Positions 47,885-57,367 of a stretch of 57,367 nucleotides of DNA are shown here, piece after piece. Every line of letters starts with the position of its first letter. The stretch's first letter is position 1. This DNA is from Luteolibacter sp. GTDB taxonomy: Bacteria > Verrucomicrobiota > Verrucomicrobiia > Verrucomicrobiales > Akkermansiaceae. The stretch is from contig JBILMI010000001.1 of assembly GCA_044375585.1 (NCBI GenBank), forward strand, positions 1 to 57,367, written 5' to 3'. The position numbers and the translations under genes are program-made. Below the pieces are notes generated by a model, which had not been told where the DNA came from, did not search any database, and was given only the letters and a program-made list of their open reading frames with translations.

Positions 47885-48775
47885 TCAGGGATGACACAAC
47901 TCCAGAATCACCGGCGCGTGGTCTGAGACTTTCAGTGAAACATTCGGGATGAGCGTGGCTTGCCTTTTGGCGAAGCCTTGGGTGAAAATGTAATCGAAAG
48001 TGGTGGGTCTGAAATCTTCGAAGCGTGGGTTGTTTCGCCAGGTAAGTCGGTCTTTCAGAGGGGTGTCTTTCCATGAGTTATGGAAACCTGCCTTGACCAT
48101 ATCTTGAATCGCGGTGCAGAGGGTAAATTGGCCGTCGTGGTTGCTGTTGAAATCTCCACCTATGACCCAACCGATAATTTTTTCACCGGCGAACTTTTTG
48201 GTCATTTCATTTTTGTGGGCGATGATTTGGCGAACTGATTCGGTGCGTGTAGCGGCAATGTTTTTGGCCCCATCCGGAGTTTCACTTCCACGGTTGCTGC
48301 GCAGGTGAATGCAATAAACCATCATTAAGCCCCCATCTGGGTGCTTGAGAGCGGCGAAAGCAAAGCCGCGTTGCAAGCTAGGAAGATGTCTTACTGGTTT
48401 GAATGATTCCTGCCATCCGGAATGCAGTTCGAGTTTGGATGCGATAGCGCATTGCTGCGGTGCAGGTTTTTTTCCATCGAACTCCATGAACTTGGTAACA
48501 ACATGCGGCTTTAGATCCACATTCTGATTCGTGAGATCTTTGAATGATGTTTCATCGTGGATTTCCTGAGCAAGAAAGATGTCGGGCTTGGCTTTTTGTA
48601 GAATTGAACTTGCGGATTTGATGTGTTCCGCTTTTTCGGATTTTGAAGCCTCCTGATATCCGCCGGGAAACCATTTAATATTCCATGTCATCACTTTCAG
48701 GGGCTCAGAGGAGGATGCTGTGCACTGCAGTAGTCCGTGAAAGAGCGTAATTAGGAGGAGTTTCATAGGGTGCAT
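47885..48775 (-). CDS. Endonuclease/exonuclease/phosphatase family protein (probably exported)
   Basis: MTWNI, DIFLAQE, IHL, GGDFN, DYIF, SDHAPV. Confidence 0.9.
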   Translation of the reverse strand: MHPMKLLLITLFHGLLQCTASSSEPLKVMTWNIKWFPGGYQEASKSEKAEHIKSASSILQKAKPDIFLAQEIHDETSFKDLTNQNVDLKPHVVTKFMEFDGKKPAPQQCAIASKLELHSGWQESFKPVRHLPSLQRGFAFAALKHPDGGLMMVYCIHLRSNRGSETPDGAKNIAATRTESVRQIIAHKNEMTKKFAGEKIIGWVIGGDFNSNHDGQFTLCTAIQDMVKAGFHNSWKDTPLKDRLTWRNNPRFEDFRPTTFDYIFTQGFAKRQATLIPNVSLKVSDHAPVILELCHP

Positions 48776-48866
48776 GGATCGGTTTCTAGTGAGTAAAAGA
48801 CCAAGTGTGAATTAAATTGGCATTGTGGCTTGCAGGCTTGCATGCAGATGGTCAGTTTCTTTGGCT

Positions 48867-50726
48867 ATGAAAAAACCTTCTTTCCTGATCCGATGGTTCA
48901 CACCATTTCTTTTTTCTCTTATACTAAGTAGCTTTGCTATTGCGGAAGAAGCCTCACCTAAAGAGCCTGCTCAGAAGACTCTCGACCAAAAAATTGATGA
49001 GTGGTTCGGCAATGTAACGGGGCCGTTTGTTAACACGATTTTCTATCCATTGGCGACAGATATCGATCCAAAGAAGGTTTCGGAAATGCCAGAAAACTTG
49101 ACGCTGGCGGCACCCGGAGCAGCGGATCATTGGTATTATCGGGCAGATAAAAATGTCGATTGGCAGCGCGTGAATGTCGTTAAAAACAAAGACGGGCTTT
49201 ATTGTGAAGAGTTAGGAATGGCCGAAAAAGGCAATGATTCTTTGAAACCATTTTCCGGACAGTGGACACCGGCAAAAATGAAGACGTTTCTGGTGATTTT
49301 CTGGTTGGCAGCTGCTGGAGTGATTTTGACTTTTGTGTTTAAGTTTATAAATATTCGCGCCTTTGGTCTAGCGCTCCGCACGGTGCGGGGTAAATATAGT
49401 TTAGATAGTGATCCAGGTTCGGTCACCCATTTCCAAGCGTTGACCGCGGCTGTATCTGGTACGGTCGGGTTAGGTAACATTGCGGGTGTTGCTATTGGTA
49501 TCCACAGTGGCGGCCCGGGAGTTGCTTTCTGGCTGTTCTTGAGTGGCTTTTTGGGGATGTCGACGAAGTTCGCCGAATGCACGCTCGGCGTGAAATATCG
49601 TATTTTCGATACCGAAGGTCGAGTGCATGGCGGGCCGATGTATTATTTGCGCCGCGGACTTAACGAACGAGGTATGAAGTCGTTAGGTGTCGTGCTTGCA
49701 TTTTTCTTCGCGATCTTCTGTGTTTTCGCCTCGTTTGGCGGTGGTAATATTTTTCAGGTCAATCAGGTCACGTCACAGTTGATTAATATCACAGGTGGTG
49801 AGGCTTCGTTCTTTTTTAAAAATCAATGGGTCTTCGGTCTGATCATGGCATTAATGACGGCGTTGGTGATCATTGGCGGGATTCAAGGCATTGCCAAGGT
49901 GACAGATAAGCTGGTACCTTTAATGTGCATCACTTATATCGTCAGTTGCATTTTGGTGTTGGTAGTCAACGCCTCGCATATTTTCCCAGCATTACAGATG
50001 ATCATCACTGAAGCGTTTCATCCGAGAGCGGCGATTACTGGTGGGCTGGTAGCTGCTTTCGTTTGGGGTATGCGTCGCGCCACTTTCTCCAATGAAGCAG
50101 GGATTGGTTCGGCGCCTATTGCTCATGCAGCGGCCAAAACTCGCCGTCCTGCATCGGAAGGTGTGGTCGCATTGTTAGAGCCGTTTCTTGATACGGTGGT
50201 CATCTGCACAATGACTGCATTGGTCTTGTGCGTGACGATGAATTTTGAAGGAAGTAGCGCAAACTATTCAATCAACGGTCATTCTTATGTGTTAAGTGCA
50301 GCGGGCACGGGTTTCAAAGAGGGGATTGCAATGACATCCGCAGCTTTTGAAACGATTCATTCTTCCTTTAAATACATCCTCTTTTTCTGCGTGTTCTTGT
50401 TCGCGTTCTCTACTCTGATCACTTGGAGTTATTATGGTTTGCAGGCATGGCAGTATTTGTTCGGGAAAAAGGCAATTACGGCATGGGTTTACAAAGTGAT
50501 TTTCTGTCTTATTATCATCGTTGGTTCTTCGGCATCGATGGCTAACGCCACGGATTTCTCAGATGCATCATTGTTCGCGATGAGTATTCCTAACTTGATC
50601 GGCGTATATCTATTGCTGCCGATTGTGCGCTCCGAACTTGCTCGTTTCGTTTCATTTGCCAAACGTGTAGACGCAGGTGCCACGGTGGAAGAAGCTGATG
50701 CGGCGGATCGTCAGCACGAGTCGTAA
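48867..50726 (+). CDS. Alanine/glycine:cation symporter (AlsT/AgcS) with N-terminal extension
   Basis: FQAL..AVSGTVGLGNIAGVA, GGPG..FW, GGPMYY, FSNEAGIGSA, FAFSTL; start placed at ATG 48867. Confidence 0.9.
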   Translation: MKKPSFLIRWFTPFLFSLILSSFAIAEEASPKEPAQKTLDQKIDEWFGNVTGPFVNTIFYPLATDIDPKKVSEMPENLTLAAPGAADHWYYRADKNVDWQRVNVVKNKDGLYCEELGMAEKGNDSLKPFSGQWTPAKMKTFLVIFWLAAAGVILTFVFKFINIRAFGLALRTVRGKYSLDSDPGSVTHFQALTAAVSGTVGLGNIAGVAIGIHSGGPGVAFWLFLSGFLGMSTKFAECTLGVKYRIFDTEGRVHGGPMYYLRRGLNERGMKSLGVVLAFFFAIFCVFASFGGGNIFQVNQVTSQLINITGGEASFFFKNQWVFGLIMALMTALVIIGGIQGIAKVTDKLVPLMCITYIVSCILVLVVNASHIFPALQMIITEAFHPRAAITGGLVAAFVWGMRRATFSNEAGIGSAPIAHAAAKTRRPASEGVVALLEPFLDTVVICTMTALVLCVTMNFEGSSANYSINGHSYVLSAAGTGFKEGIAMTSAAFETIHSSFKYILFFCVFLFAFSTLITWSYYGLQAWQYLFGKKAITAWVYKVIFCLIIIVGSSASMANATDFSDASLFAMSIPNLIGVYLLLPIVRSELARFVSFAKRVDAGATVEEADAADRQHES

Positions 50727-50731
50727 CAGTC

Positions 50732-52771
50732 ATGGCACGAGAATATAAAATTCAGCGCAAGGCATCAGCTTCGGTTTCTGGGATTGATTATGAGCGTGCT
50801 CTGAATGAGGAACAGTTTCGTGCGGTAAGCTCGGCGCCGGGTAAGGTGTTGGTGATCGCTGGTGCGGGATCTGGAAAAACTCGGACGCTGACGTATCGGG
50901 TTTCGTGGTTGTTAGATAGAGGCGAGCAGGCGCGGAATATTTTGCTGCTGACGTTCACCAATAAAGCCGCTCGTGAAATGGTGGAGCGGGTCAAAAGTTT
51001 GGTTGCGGGTGATGTTGCGGATCTATGGGCGGGGACGTTTCACTCGATTTGTAATCGAATTTTACGCAGCCATGCAGAAGAGATCGGTTTCACGAAGTCG
51101 TTTTCTATCTTGGATCGTGATGATCAGAAATCGCTAATGAAAGGCGTGGTCGCGGGTTGCGATATCGACACGAAGCAACGTCGTTTTCCTAAACCGGATG
51201 TTTTGATCTCGTTATACAGTTTGATCGCAAACACCGGAGTGAGTTTGGAAGAGGTATTGGTGGCGAGGTATCCGTATTTTCTCGAATGGATGGAAGAGCT
51301 CGAAAAAGTCCATGCGGCATACGTAGTGAAGAAGCGCGCCACGAACTCGGTGGATTTCGACGACATGTTGCAACTCACGGTGGTGTTATTAAAAAATCAT
51401 CCGCATGTATTAGAAATTTATCGGAAGCGTTTCCGGAATATTTTGGTCGATGAGTATCAAGATACAAATGCGGTGCAGAGTGAGTTAATTGATCTTCTAG
51501 CTGGCGATTCCAATAGTTTGATGGCAGTAGGTGACGATTCTCAATCGATCTATTCTTGGCGTGGAGCGGAGGTGGATCACATTTTGAATTTTCAATCGCG
51601 CTATCCGGATTCGGTGATCCACACGATTGAGACAAATTATCGAAGTGTTCCGGAGATTTTGGATTTATCGAATGCTGCGATTTCGGCGAATAAGATGCGC
51701 TTTGAGAAGAATTTGAAATCATCGCGCTCGGAAGTTGGCGCTCGACCCGCACTGGTGGCGGTGGAGGATCCAAATAGCCAAGCGGCGTTCGTTGCACAGC
51801 GGATGTTGGAGTTGAGAGAAGAAGAGGGGATAGAGCTTACCGAAATGGCAGTGCTCTACCGCGCGCATTTTCAGAGCCTTGAAATCCAGATGGAGCTCAC
51901 TCGGCGCGGAATTCCGTTTTCGATTACCAGTGGGCTGAGATTTTTCGAACAGGCGCATATTAAAGATGTCGCGGCATTCATTCGATTTGTAACGAACCGC
52001 AAAGATGAGGTGAGTTTCAAAAGAATGGTGGAGCTAATACCGGGTTGCGGTCCCGGTGCTGCGGAGAAGTTATGGCAGAAATGGCTACGTGATCCCTTGT
52101 CGGAAAATCTCGAGCCGCCAGATAAGTGGTCGGATGTTTTTTCAGCGTATCCCTTACCGAAAAAATCGGCCAAGCACTGGGAACAGCTTTACTACACCTT
52201 AGACGAATTGACTCCGAACGGAGTTTTTGCGAGTCCATCGGAAATGCTCTACAGCGTGCTCGAGGGGGTATACGATGAGTATTTAAAGGAAAGTTTTGAG
52301 AATTATGAAGGCCGGCGCGGTGATATTGAGCAACTGATCCAATACAGCGGGACTTTTGACGATATCCTGGAATTCTTGGCTCAACTCTCTTTAATGAGCA
52401 CTACGGATGGCGAGCCGACTGGAGAAAAAGCCGACAATGACGACGATAAAGTCACACTGTCATCCATCCATCAGGCGAAAGGCTTGGAGTGGAAAGTGGT
52501 GTTTTTGATTTGGCTAGTGGACGGTCAGTTTCCAAATGGTCGGATTCTGGAAGCGGATGATGATGCGGCTTTTGAAGAGGAACGGCGTCTATTTTACGTG
52601 GCGCTGACTCGCGCCAAAGATCAACTTTACTTAACCTATCCGATGATGAATCCCAAAAGTTACACAGGTGACATACTCTGCCGTCCCTCACGTTTTTTAG
52701 ATGATTTCCCAAAACATCTCGTGGAGGTCTGGAATGTCGGAAATGAGTGGGTGGACGATGATCCTTTTTGA
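50732..52771 (+). CDS. UvrD/PcrA-family ATP-dependent DNA helicase
   Basis: AGAGSGKT, TFTNKAA, GTFH, VDEYQDTN, GDDSQSIY, NYRS, HQAKGLEW, EERRLFYVALTRA. Confidence 0.94.
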   Translation: MAREYKIQRKASASVSGIDYERALNEEQFRAVSSAPGKVLVIAGAGSGKTRTLTYRVSWLLDRGEQARNILLLTFTNKAAREMVERVKSLVAGDVADLWAGTFHSICNRILRSHAEEIGFTKSFSILDRDDQKSLMKGVVAGCDIDTKQRRFPKPDVLISLYSLIANTGVSLEEVLVARYPYFLEWMEELEKVHAAYVVKKRATNSVDFDDMLQLTVVLLKNHPHVLEIYRKRFRNILVDEYQDTNAVQSELIDLLAGDSNSLMAVGDDSQSIYSWRGAEVDHILNFQSRYPDSVIHTIETNYRSVPEILDLSNAAISANKMRFEKNLKSSRSEVGARPALVAVEDPNSQAAFVAQRMLELREEEGIELTEMAVLYRAHFQSLEIQMELTRRGIPFSITSGLRFFEQAHIKDVAAFIRFVTNRKDEVSFKRMVELIPGCGPGAAEKLWQKWLRDPLSENLEPPDKWSDVFSAYPLPKKSAKHWEQLYYTLDELTPNGVFASPSEMLYSVLEGVYDEYLKESFENYEGRRGDIEQLIQYSGTFDDILEFLAQLSLMSTTDGEPTGEKADNDDDKVTLSSIHQAKGLEWKVVFLIWLVDGQFPNGRILEADDDAAFEEERRLFYVALTRAKDQLYLTYPMMNPKSYTGDILCRPSRFLDDFPKHLVEVWNVGNEWVDDDPF

Positions 52772-52913
52772 TCAGTAAGAATCGAAAATCTGGGTAAGGG
52801 CTATTTATTCGAGCATATTTTTCGAATTTGAGCATTATTACAGCTTCGTTGATTGATTGAAATCCCGTAAAATAAAGGGTTTGAGAGAAAATTGCGAAAC
52901 AACCACATTTTTT

Positions 52914-52941
52914 TTGACAGAGTGCAACTCTTTGATAGTCT
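52914..52941 (+). promoter_or_regulatory. Sigma70-like promoter of thrT-tuf
   Basis: TTGACA-N16-TAGTCT followed by GC-rich discriminator CCGCCCGC. Confidence 0.7.
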
Positions 52942-53053
52942 CCGCCCGCTCTTCCCTACAGCAGCAGCGGATCCCGCGCCCAGTCTCACTCAACATGTGA
53001 CAGGACGCGGCTCTTTTGTCGTTAGAAAGGATGAGCTCACAACAATCCATATT

Positions 53054-53128
<75 letters not shown>

Positions 53129-53180
53129 TGATACACTAGCAAAAACTTCTCAGAAACTTCTCAGCGAAACCAATACGAAA

Positions 53181-54365
53181 ATGGCCAAAGAACAATTCCA
53201 ACGCAACAAGCCGCACGTTAACATCGGCACCATCGGTCACGTCGACCACGGCAAAACCACCCTTACCGCAGCTATCACAAATACGCTCGCAGAAAAAGGT
53301 TTAGCCAAGAAGCAATCCTATGCGGACATCGATGCTGCTCCCGAAGAGCGTGAGCGCGGTATCACCATCAACACTGCACACGTTGAATACGAAACCGAAA
53401 AGCGTCACTATGCACACGTTGACTGCCCAGGACACGCCGACTACGTGAAAAACATGATCACTGGTGCTGCTCAAATGGACGGCGCTATCCTTGTCGTTTC
53501 CGCTGCTGACGGCCCAATGCCTCAGACACGTGAGCACATCCTTCTTGCTCGCCAAGTGGGTGTCCCTGCGCTCGTTGTTTTCATGAACAAAGTTGACCTT
53601 GTTGATGATGCAGAACTCATCGAGCTCGTCGAGATGGAGATCCGCGATCTTCTTTCCTCTTACGATTTTCCAGGTGATGACATTCCAATTGTTGCTGGTT
53701 CCGCTGTGAAAGCCCTCGAAGGCGATCCGGTCCACATGGCAAACGTTTTCAAACTCATGGACGCAGTGGATTCTTACATCCCTGAGCCAGAGCGTCCTAT
53801 CGACAAAACTTTCCTCATGCCAATCGAAGACGTGTTCTCGATTGAAGGCCGTGGCACGGTCTGCACCGGTCGTGTTGAGCGTGGCATCGTCAAAAAAATG
53901 GAAGAAGTAGAAATCGTTGGTATCCGTGACACACAGAAAACCACCGTTACCGACATCGAAATGTTCCGTAAACTACTCGACGAAGGTCGTGCAGGTGACA
54001 ATGTCGGACTTCTTGTTCGTGGTCTTAAGAAAAACGATGTTGAGCGTGGTCAAGTTATGGCCAAGCCAGGCACTGTAAAAGGTCACACGATCTTCAAATC
54101 CGAGATCTACGTTCTTTCCAAAGAAGAAGGTGGCCGTCACACCCCGTTCTTCTCGAACTATCGTCCACAATTCTACTTCCGCACGACTGACGTGACTGGC
54201 AGCATTAAGCTCCCAGAAGGAGTCGAAATGGTGATGCCTGGTGACAACATCAATCTTGAAGTTGAACTCATCAACCCAATCGCCATGGAGCCAACCATGC
54301 GTTTCGCAATTCGCGAAGGCGGCCGCACCGTTGGTGCTGGTCGTGTTGGTGAAATCATCAAGTAA
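53181..54365 (+). CDS. tuf: Elongation factor Tu
   Basis: [23 protein letters not shown]; canonical 394-aa EF-Tu. Confidence 0.99.
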   Translation: MAKEQFQRNKPHVNIGTIGHVDHGKTTLTAAITNTLAEKGLAKKQSYADIDAAPEERERGITINTAHVEYETEKRHYAHVDCPGHADYVKNMITGAAQMDGAILVVSAADGPMPQTREHILLARQVGVPALVVFMNKVDLVDDAELIELVEMEIRDLLSSYDFPGDDIPIVAGSAVKALEGDPVHMANVFKLMDAVDSYIPEPERPIDKTFLMPIEDVFSIEGRGTVCTGRVERGIVKKMEEVEIVGIRDTQKTTVTDIEMFRKLLDEGRAGDNVGLLVRGLKKNDVERGQVMAKPGTVKGHTIFKSEIYVLSKEEGGRHTPFFSNYRPQFYFRTTDVTGSIKLPEGVEMVMPGDNINLEVELINPIAMEPTMRFAIREGGRTVGAGRVGEIIK

Positions 54366-54484
54366 GATAAATCAACGGTGTAGCCGCTTGGTGCAAACTA
54401 AGCGGTGAGCCAAGCACTTGGGGCACCCCGCTAAACCGGGGTGCCCTAAAGTCGCCTCAAAACCTTTCACTTTTTCAATCTAAC

Positions 54485-54560
54485 GCGTCAGTAGTTCAAT
54501 TGGTAGAGCGTCGGTCTCCAAAACCGAATGTTGGGGGTTCGAGTCCCTCCTGGCGTGCCA
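54485..54560 (+). tRNA. tRNA-Trp(CCA)
   Basis: Acceptor GCGTCAG/CTGGCGT, anticodon arm TCGGT-CTCCAAA-ACCGA, GGTTCGA T-loop, encoded CCA; usual tuf-trpT-secE position. Confidence 0.96.
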
Positions 54561-54584
54561 CTTTCCGTTAACCCTTCTCAGCGA

Positions 54585-54929
54585 ATGAAATTCCTCGAAT
54601 ACATTAAGACATTCCTCGAATATATTAAGATCAACGATAGTTGGGTCTCCACAGGAATCGTGTATGCGATTCTGATTTTTCTGCTTGTCTTGTTGATCCG
54701 CAATCTCGCTAAAGTCTCTAGCTTTATCGGGGAGGTCAAAGGAGAACTTCGCAAAGCTAGCTGGCCATGGGATTCTGATCCAAAAGCACGCGGCTTCAAA
54801 AAATACAAAGAACTCATTGATTCAACGATCGTCGTTCTTATCGCCGTTATCCTTCTTGCTGGTTTTGTCCAGTTTTGGGATTTCTTGCAAGTTTATGTGG
54901 TCGGTTTCCTGACCAAAATTTTCATCTAA
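54585..54929 (+). CDS. secE: Preprotein translocase subunit SecE
   Basis: FIGEVKGELRKASWP...EL.DST.VV core; located between trpT and nusG; start at ATG 54585. Confidence 0.9.
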   Translation: MKFLEYIKTFLEYIKINDSWVSTGIVYAILIFLLVLLIRNLAKVSSFIGEVKGELRKASWPWDSDPKARGFKKYKELIDSTIVVLIAVILLAGFVQFWDFLQVYVVGFLTKIFI

Positions 54930-54959
54930 TTTCCCTTTTTCGCTTAACACCATTTTCCA

Positions 54960-55529
54960 ATGCCAAATTCCAAAGATTATAAAGACCAATGGTATGTTGT
55001 CCAAGTGCTCTCAGGCATGGAAGGCAAGGTGCGTGATCGCATCGCCCGTCAGGTTGAAGCTGAGGAAATGCAAGATTACATCCGCGAGGTGCTAGTTCCT
55101 ACTGAGATCGTCTCTGAAATCAAGCGTGGCAAAAAAACCGAGACAAAGAAGAAATTTTTCCCTGGTTACATCATCGTCAACATGTATCTCGCCACTGAGG
55201 ATAACCAACTCGTCGAAAAAACTTGGTTTTTCATCAAGGAAATTGATGGCGTAATTGGCTTCGCAGGAACCAAAGACCGCCCAGCTCCGATGCGCCCGCG
55301 CGAGGTTGAAGCTATGCTTTCCCAAATCCAAGAAAGAGAAGAAACCATTCGACCTGCGATTTCTTTCGAAGTTGGAGACACGGTCAAAGTCGCCGACGGT
55401 CCATTCCAATCTCAGAACGGCGTGGTCGAAGAAATCGATCCAGAGCGCGGAAAACTTCGCGTTGCCGTCGATATCTTCGGACGCACCACCCCAGTCGAAC
55501 TCGAATACTGGCAGGTTGAGCGCGAATGA
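54960..55529 (+). CDS. nusG: Transcription termination/antitermination factor NusG
   Basis: WYVVQVLSG.E, FFPGY, KOW motif, IFGRTTPVEL. Confidence 0.97.
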   Translation: MPNSKDYKDQWYVVQVLSGMEGKVRDRIARQVEAEEMQDYIREVLVPTEIVSEIKRGKKTETKKKFFPGYIIVNMYLATEDNQLVEKTWFFIKEIDGVIGFAGTKDRPAPMRPREVEAMLSQIQEREETIRPAISFEVGDTVKVADGPFQSQNGVVEEIDPERGKLRVAVDIFGRTTPVELEYWQVERE

Positions 55530-55592
55530 TCCCCTTGAATTTCAAATCACATCTTAAGACAATCTGTTACCCAATTTTTAACCACTAATATC

Positions 55593-56021
55593 ATGGCCAA
55601 GGAAGTTACCAAAATCATCAAACTCCAGATCCCTGCTGGAGCCGCCAACCCATCGCCGCCAGTCGGACCAGCTCTCGGTCAAGCAGGTGTCAACATCATG
55701 GGTTTCTGCAAAGAATTCAACGCTGCCACTCAATCACAGTCCGGTGATATTCTTCCAGTCGTGATTTCTGTCTATAAAGATAAGTCCTTCACTTTCATCA
55801 CCAAGCGTCCACCCGCAGGTAATTTGCTCAAGAAAGTAGCAGGCCTTGCCTCCGGTTCCAGCGAGCCTAACAAAAAGAAAGTCGGCAAAATTTCCAAAGC
55901 TCAGCTTATGGAAGTCGTAAACATCAAAATGCCTGACCTTAACACCAAAGATCCAGAAGCAGCAGCTCGCATCCTTGCTGGCACCGCTCGTCAAATGGGT
56001 CTTGAAGTCGAAGGTATGTAA
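55593..56021 (+). CDS. rplK: 50S ribosomal protein L11
   Basis: [20 protein letters not shown]; GTARQMG. Confidence 0.98.
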   Translation: MAKEVTKIIKLQIPAGAANPSPPVGPALGQAGVNIMGFCKEFNAATQSQSGDILPVVISVYKDKSFTFITKRPPAGNLLKKVAGLASGSSEPNKKKVGKISKAQLMEVVNIKMPDLNTKDPEAAARILAGTARQMGLEVEGM

Positions 56022-56063
56022 GATTCTCAGTTCGCTGGCCGTTTCAAAACGGTCTTCGGACAC

Positions 56064-56103
56064 CGCAAGAGGATAAGTTAACCGACTTATCCGTTATCAC
56101 TGC
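56064..56103 (+). promoter_or_regulatory. Putative L1-binding autogenous control site upstream of rplA
   Basis: GCAAGAG-[GGATAAGT/ACTTATCC hairpin]-CACTGC layout in the rplK-rplA spacer, resembling L1 leaders. Confidence 0.45.
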
Positions 56104-56118
56104 AAACCAAACCAATAT

Positions 56119-56829
56119 ATGTCAAAAAAACGCAGCAAACGCTACAATAAAGCCGCCGAACAGGTTGGCTCCGATAAATCCTATTCTCTCAAGGATGCAA
56201 TTAGCACCATGAAGAATCTACCAGCTCCGAAGTTCATTCCTACTGTAACACTTTCGTTCAAGCTTGGTGTTGACCCACGTAAAAGCGACCAAATGGTTCG
56301 TGGCTCCGTATCCCTTCCTCATGGAACTGGTAAAAATGTCCGCGTCGTCGTATTTGCACAAGGCGCTGCCGCCGAGGCCGCCGTTGCTGCAGGTGCTGAA
56401 CACGTTGGTTACGAAGATCTCATTAAGAAAATTTCAGACGGCTTCGTTGACTTCGATTCCGCAATCGCCACTCCAGATGCCATGGCCGAAGTTCGTAAAA
56501 TCGCGCGTGTCCTCGGACCTCGCGGTTTAATGCCTAACCCAAAAACTGGAACGGTTACCGACGATGTCGCCAAAGCCGTTAAAGAGGTTAAAGCTGGTCG
56601 TATCGATTACAAACTCGATAAAAACGGTAACATCTCTGGAGCCATCGGCAAAGCCAGCTTCGACGATATACAACTCGAAGAAAACGCCCGCGCGTTCCTC
56701 GACAGTGTCGTTCGTTCCAAGCCACCATCCGCAAAAGGAAACTTCGTCCAAGCAGTGACTCTTGCTGCATCCATGCTTCCGGGTCTGCCTCTTGAGGCAT
56801 CATCTTACACCACTAAAGCAACCGCATAA
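56119..56829 (+). CDS. rplA: 50S ribosomal protein L1
   Basis: [14 protein letters not shown]...LPHGTGK; [16 protein letters not shown]. Confidence 0.98.
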   Translation: MSKKRSKRYNKAAEQVGSDKSYSLKDAISTMKNLPAPKFIPTVTLSFKLGVDPRKSDQMVRGSVSLPHGTGKNVRVVVFAQGAAAEAAVAAGAEHVGYEDLIKKISDGFVDFDSAIATPDAMAEVRKIARVLGPRGLMPNPKTGTVTDDVAKAVKEVKAGRIDYKLDKNGNISGAIGKASFDDIQLEENARAFLDSVVRSKPPSAKGNFVQAVTLAASMLPGLPLEASSYTTKATA

Positions 56830-56847
56830 ACCCAGCACCCAACGACT

Positions 56848-57367
56848 ATGAATCCAGATAAACAAATCATCATCAATGGCCTGCTGTCCCGCGTCAATGA
56901 ATCTCCATATGTGATCGTCATCGATTACACTGGCCTGACTGTTCCTCAGTTCAGCGAACTTCGTAACCGATTGGACGACAACGGAGCCAAGTGCACAGTT
57001 GCCAAAAATAGCTACATGCGCAAAGCCCTTTCCGAAGCTGGTCTTCCAGACGTAGGTGCCGATCTTGTCGGTCAAACTGCTTTCGTGACCGGTAATGCAG
57101 AAGTGTTCTCCGCAGCAAAGGTTCTCAAGAATTTCGAAAAGGAATTCAAGAAACCCGAAATGAAGGTCGGAATCCTCGGAACCGATATCCTCGATTCCGC
57201 CAAGCTCAAAATGCTTGCCGACATCCCTTCTCGCGAAGCGGTTCTTTCACAACTTCTCGGCCTCATCAACGAACCGGCTACTCGCATCGCACGTATCTTG
57301 CTAGAGAAATTCGATCCAGAACGCGCGCATTTCAAATCGGAGGGATCGAAAGATTCTGCTGAAGAAG
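56848..57367 (+). CDS. rplJ: 50S ribosomal protein L10 (partial, runs off window end)
   Basis: My translation: MNPDKQIII...DYTGLTVPQFSELR...VAKNS...LADIPSREAVLSQLLG; no stop before window end, so absent from the ORF track. Confidence 0.95.
   Translation, partial: MNPDKQIIINGLLSRVNESPYVIVIDYTGLTVPQFSELRNRLDDNGAKCTVAKNSYMRKALSEAGLPDVGADLVGQTAFVTGNAEVFSAAKVLKNFEKEFKKPEMKVGILGTDILDSAKLKMLADIPSREAVLSQLLGLINEPATRIARILLEKFDPERAHFKSEGSKDSAEE

Noticed and set aside
54384-54446. Two strong hairpins between tuf and tRNA-Trp
   Set aside because: No U tract directly after the stems; likely ordinary mRNA-stabilising or processing structures, so not called as terminator or ncRNA.
54485-54560. G1-U72 wobble in the tRNA-Trp acceptor stem
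   Set aside because: The cloverleaf is otherwise canonical and in conserved context; no sign of a pseudogene or integration scar.

Overview
A core chromosomal segment of a Verrucomicrobiota bacterium (most like Luteolibacter/Akkermansiaceae), inferred from PVC-type genes: a heme-binding CxxCH protein, a TIGR04073-like protein, tandem GspE/PilB ATPases, and A-rich translation starts without Shine-Dalgarno sequences. It holds about 53 protein-coding genes, mostly housekeeping (rpsA, gnd, parE, thiD, rpsU-tsf-rpsB, bioB, asd, ispA, rpsP, serA, dusB, and thrT-tuf-trpT-secE-nusG-rplK-rplA-rplJ), two tRNAs and several intrinsic terminators. I saw no prophage, CRISPR array or intact transposase. The most striking unexplained signal is non-coding: a ~300-nt, strand-specific, multi-branched RNA structure (21426-21718, minus strand) between a sigma70-like promoter and the gene for an unusual RRM protein. 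That protein has an Arg-rich disordered N-terminus, an RNase E-like amphipathic helix and an acidic tail, so the pair is a candidate new riboregulator or RNP system. Other notable items are a structured leader on the DEAD-box helicase, a 212-bp MITE-like element inserted in an autotransporter remnant, two copies of a palindromic element with 9-bp periodicity, apparent leaderless promoters, and an esterase homologue with Ala at the nucleophile position. All calls come from reading the sequence; no searches or folding programs were run.
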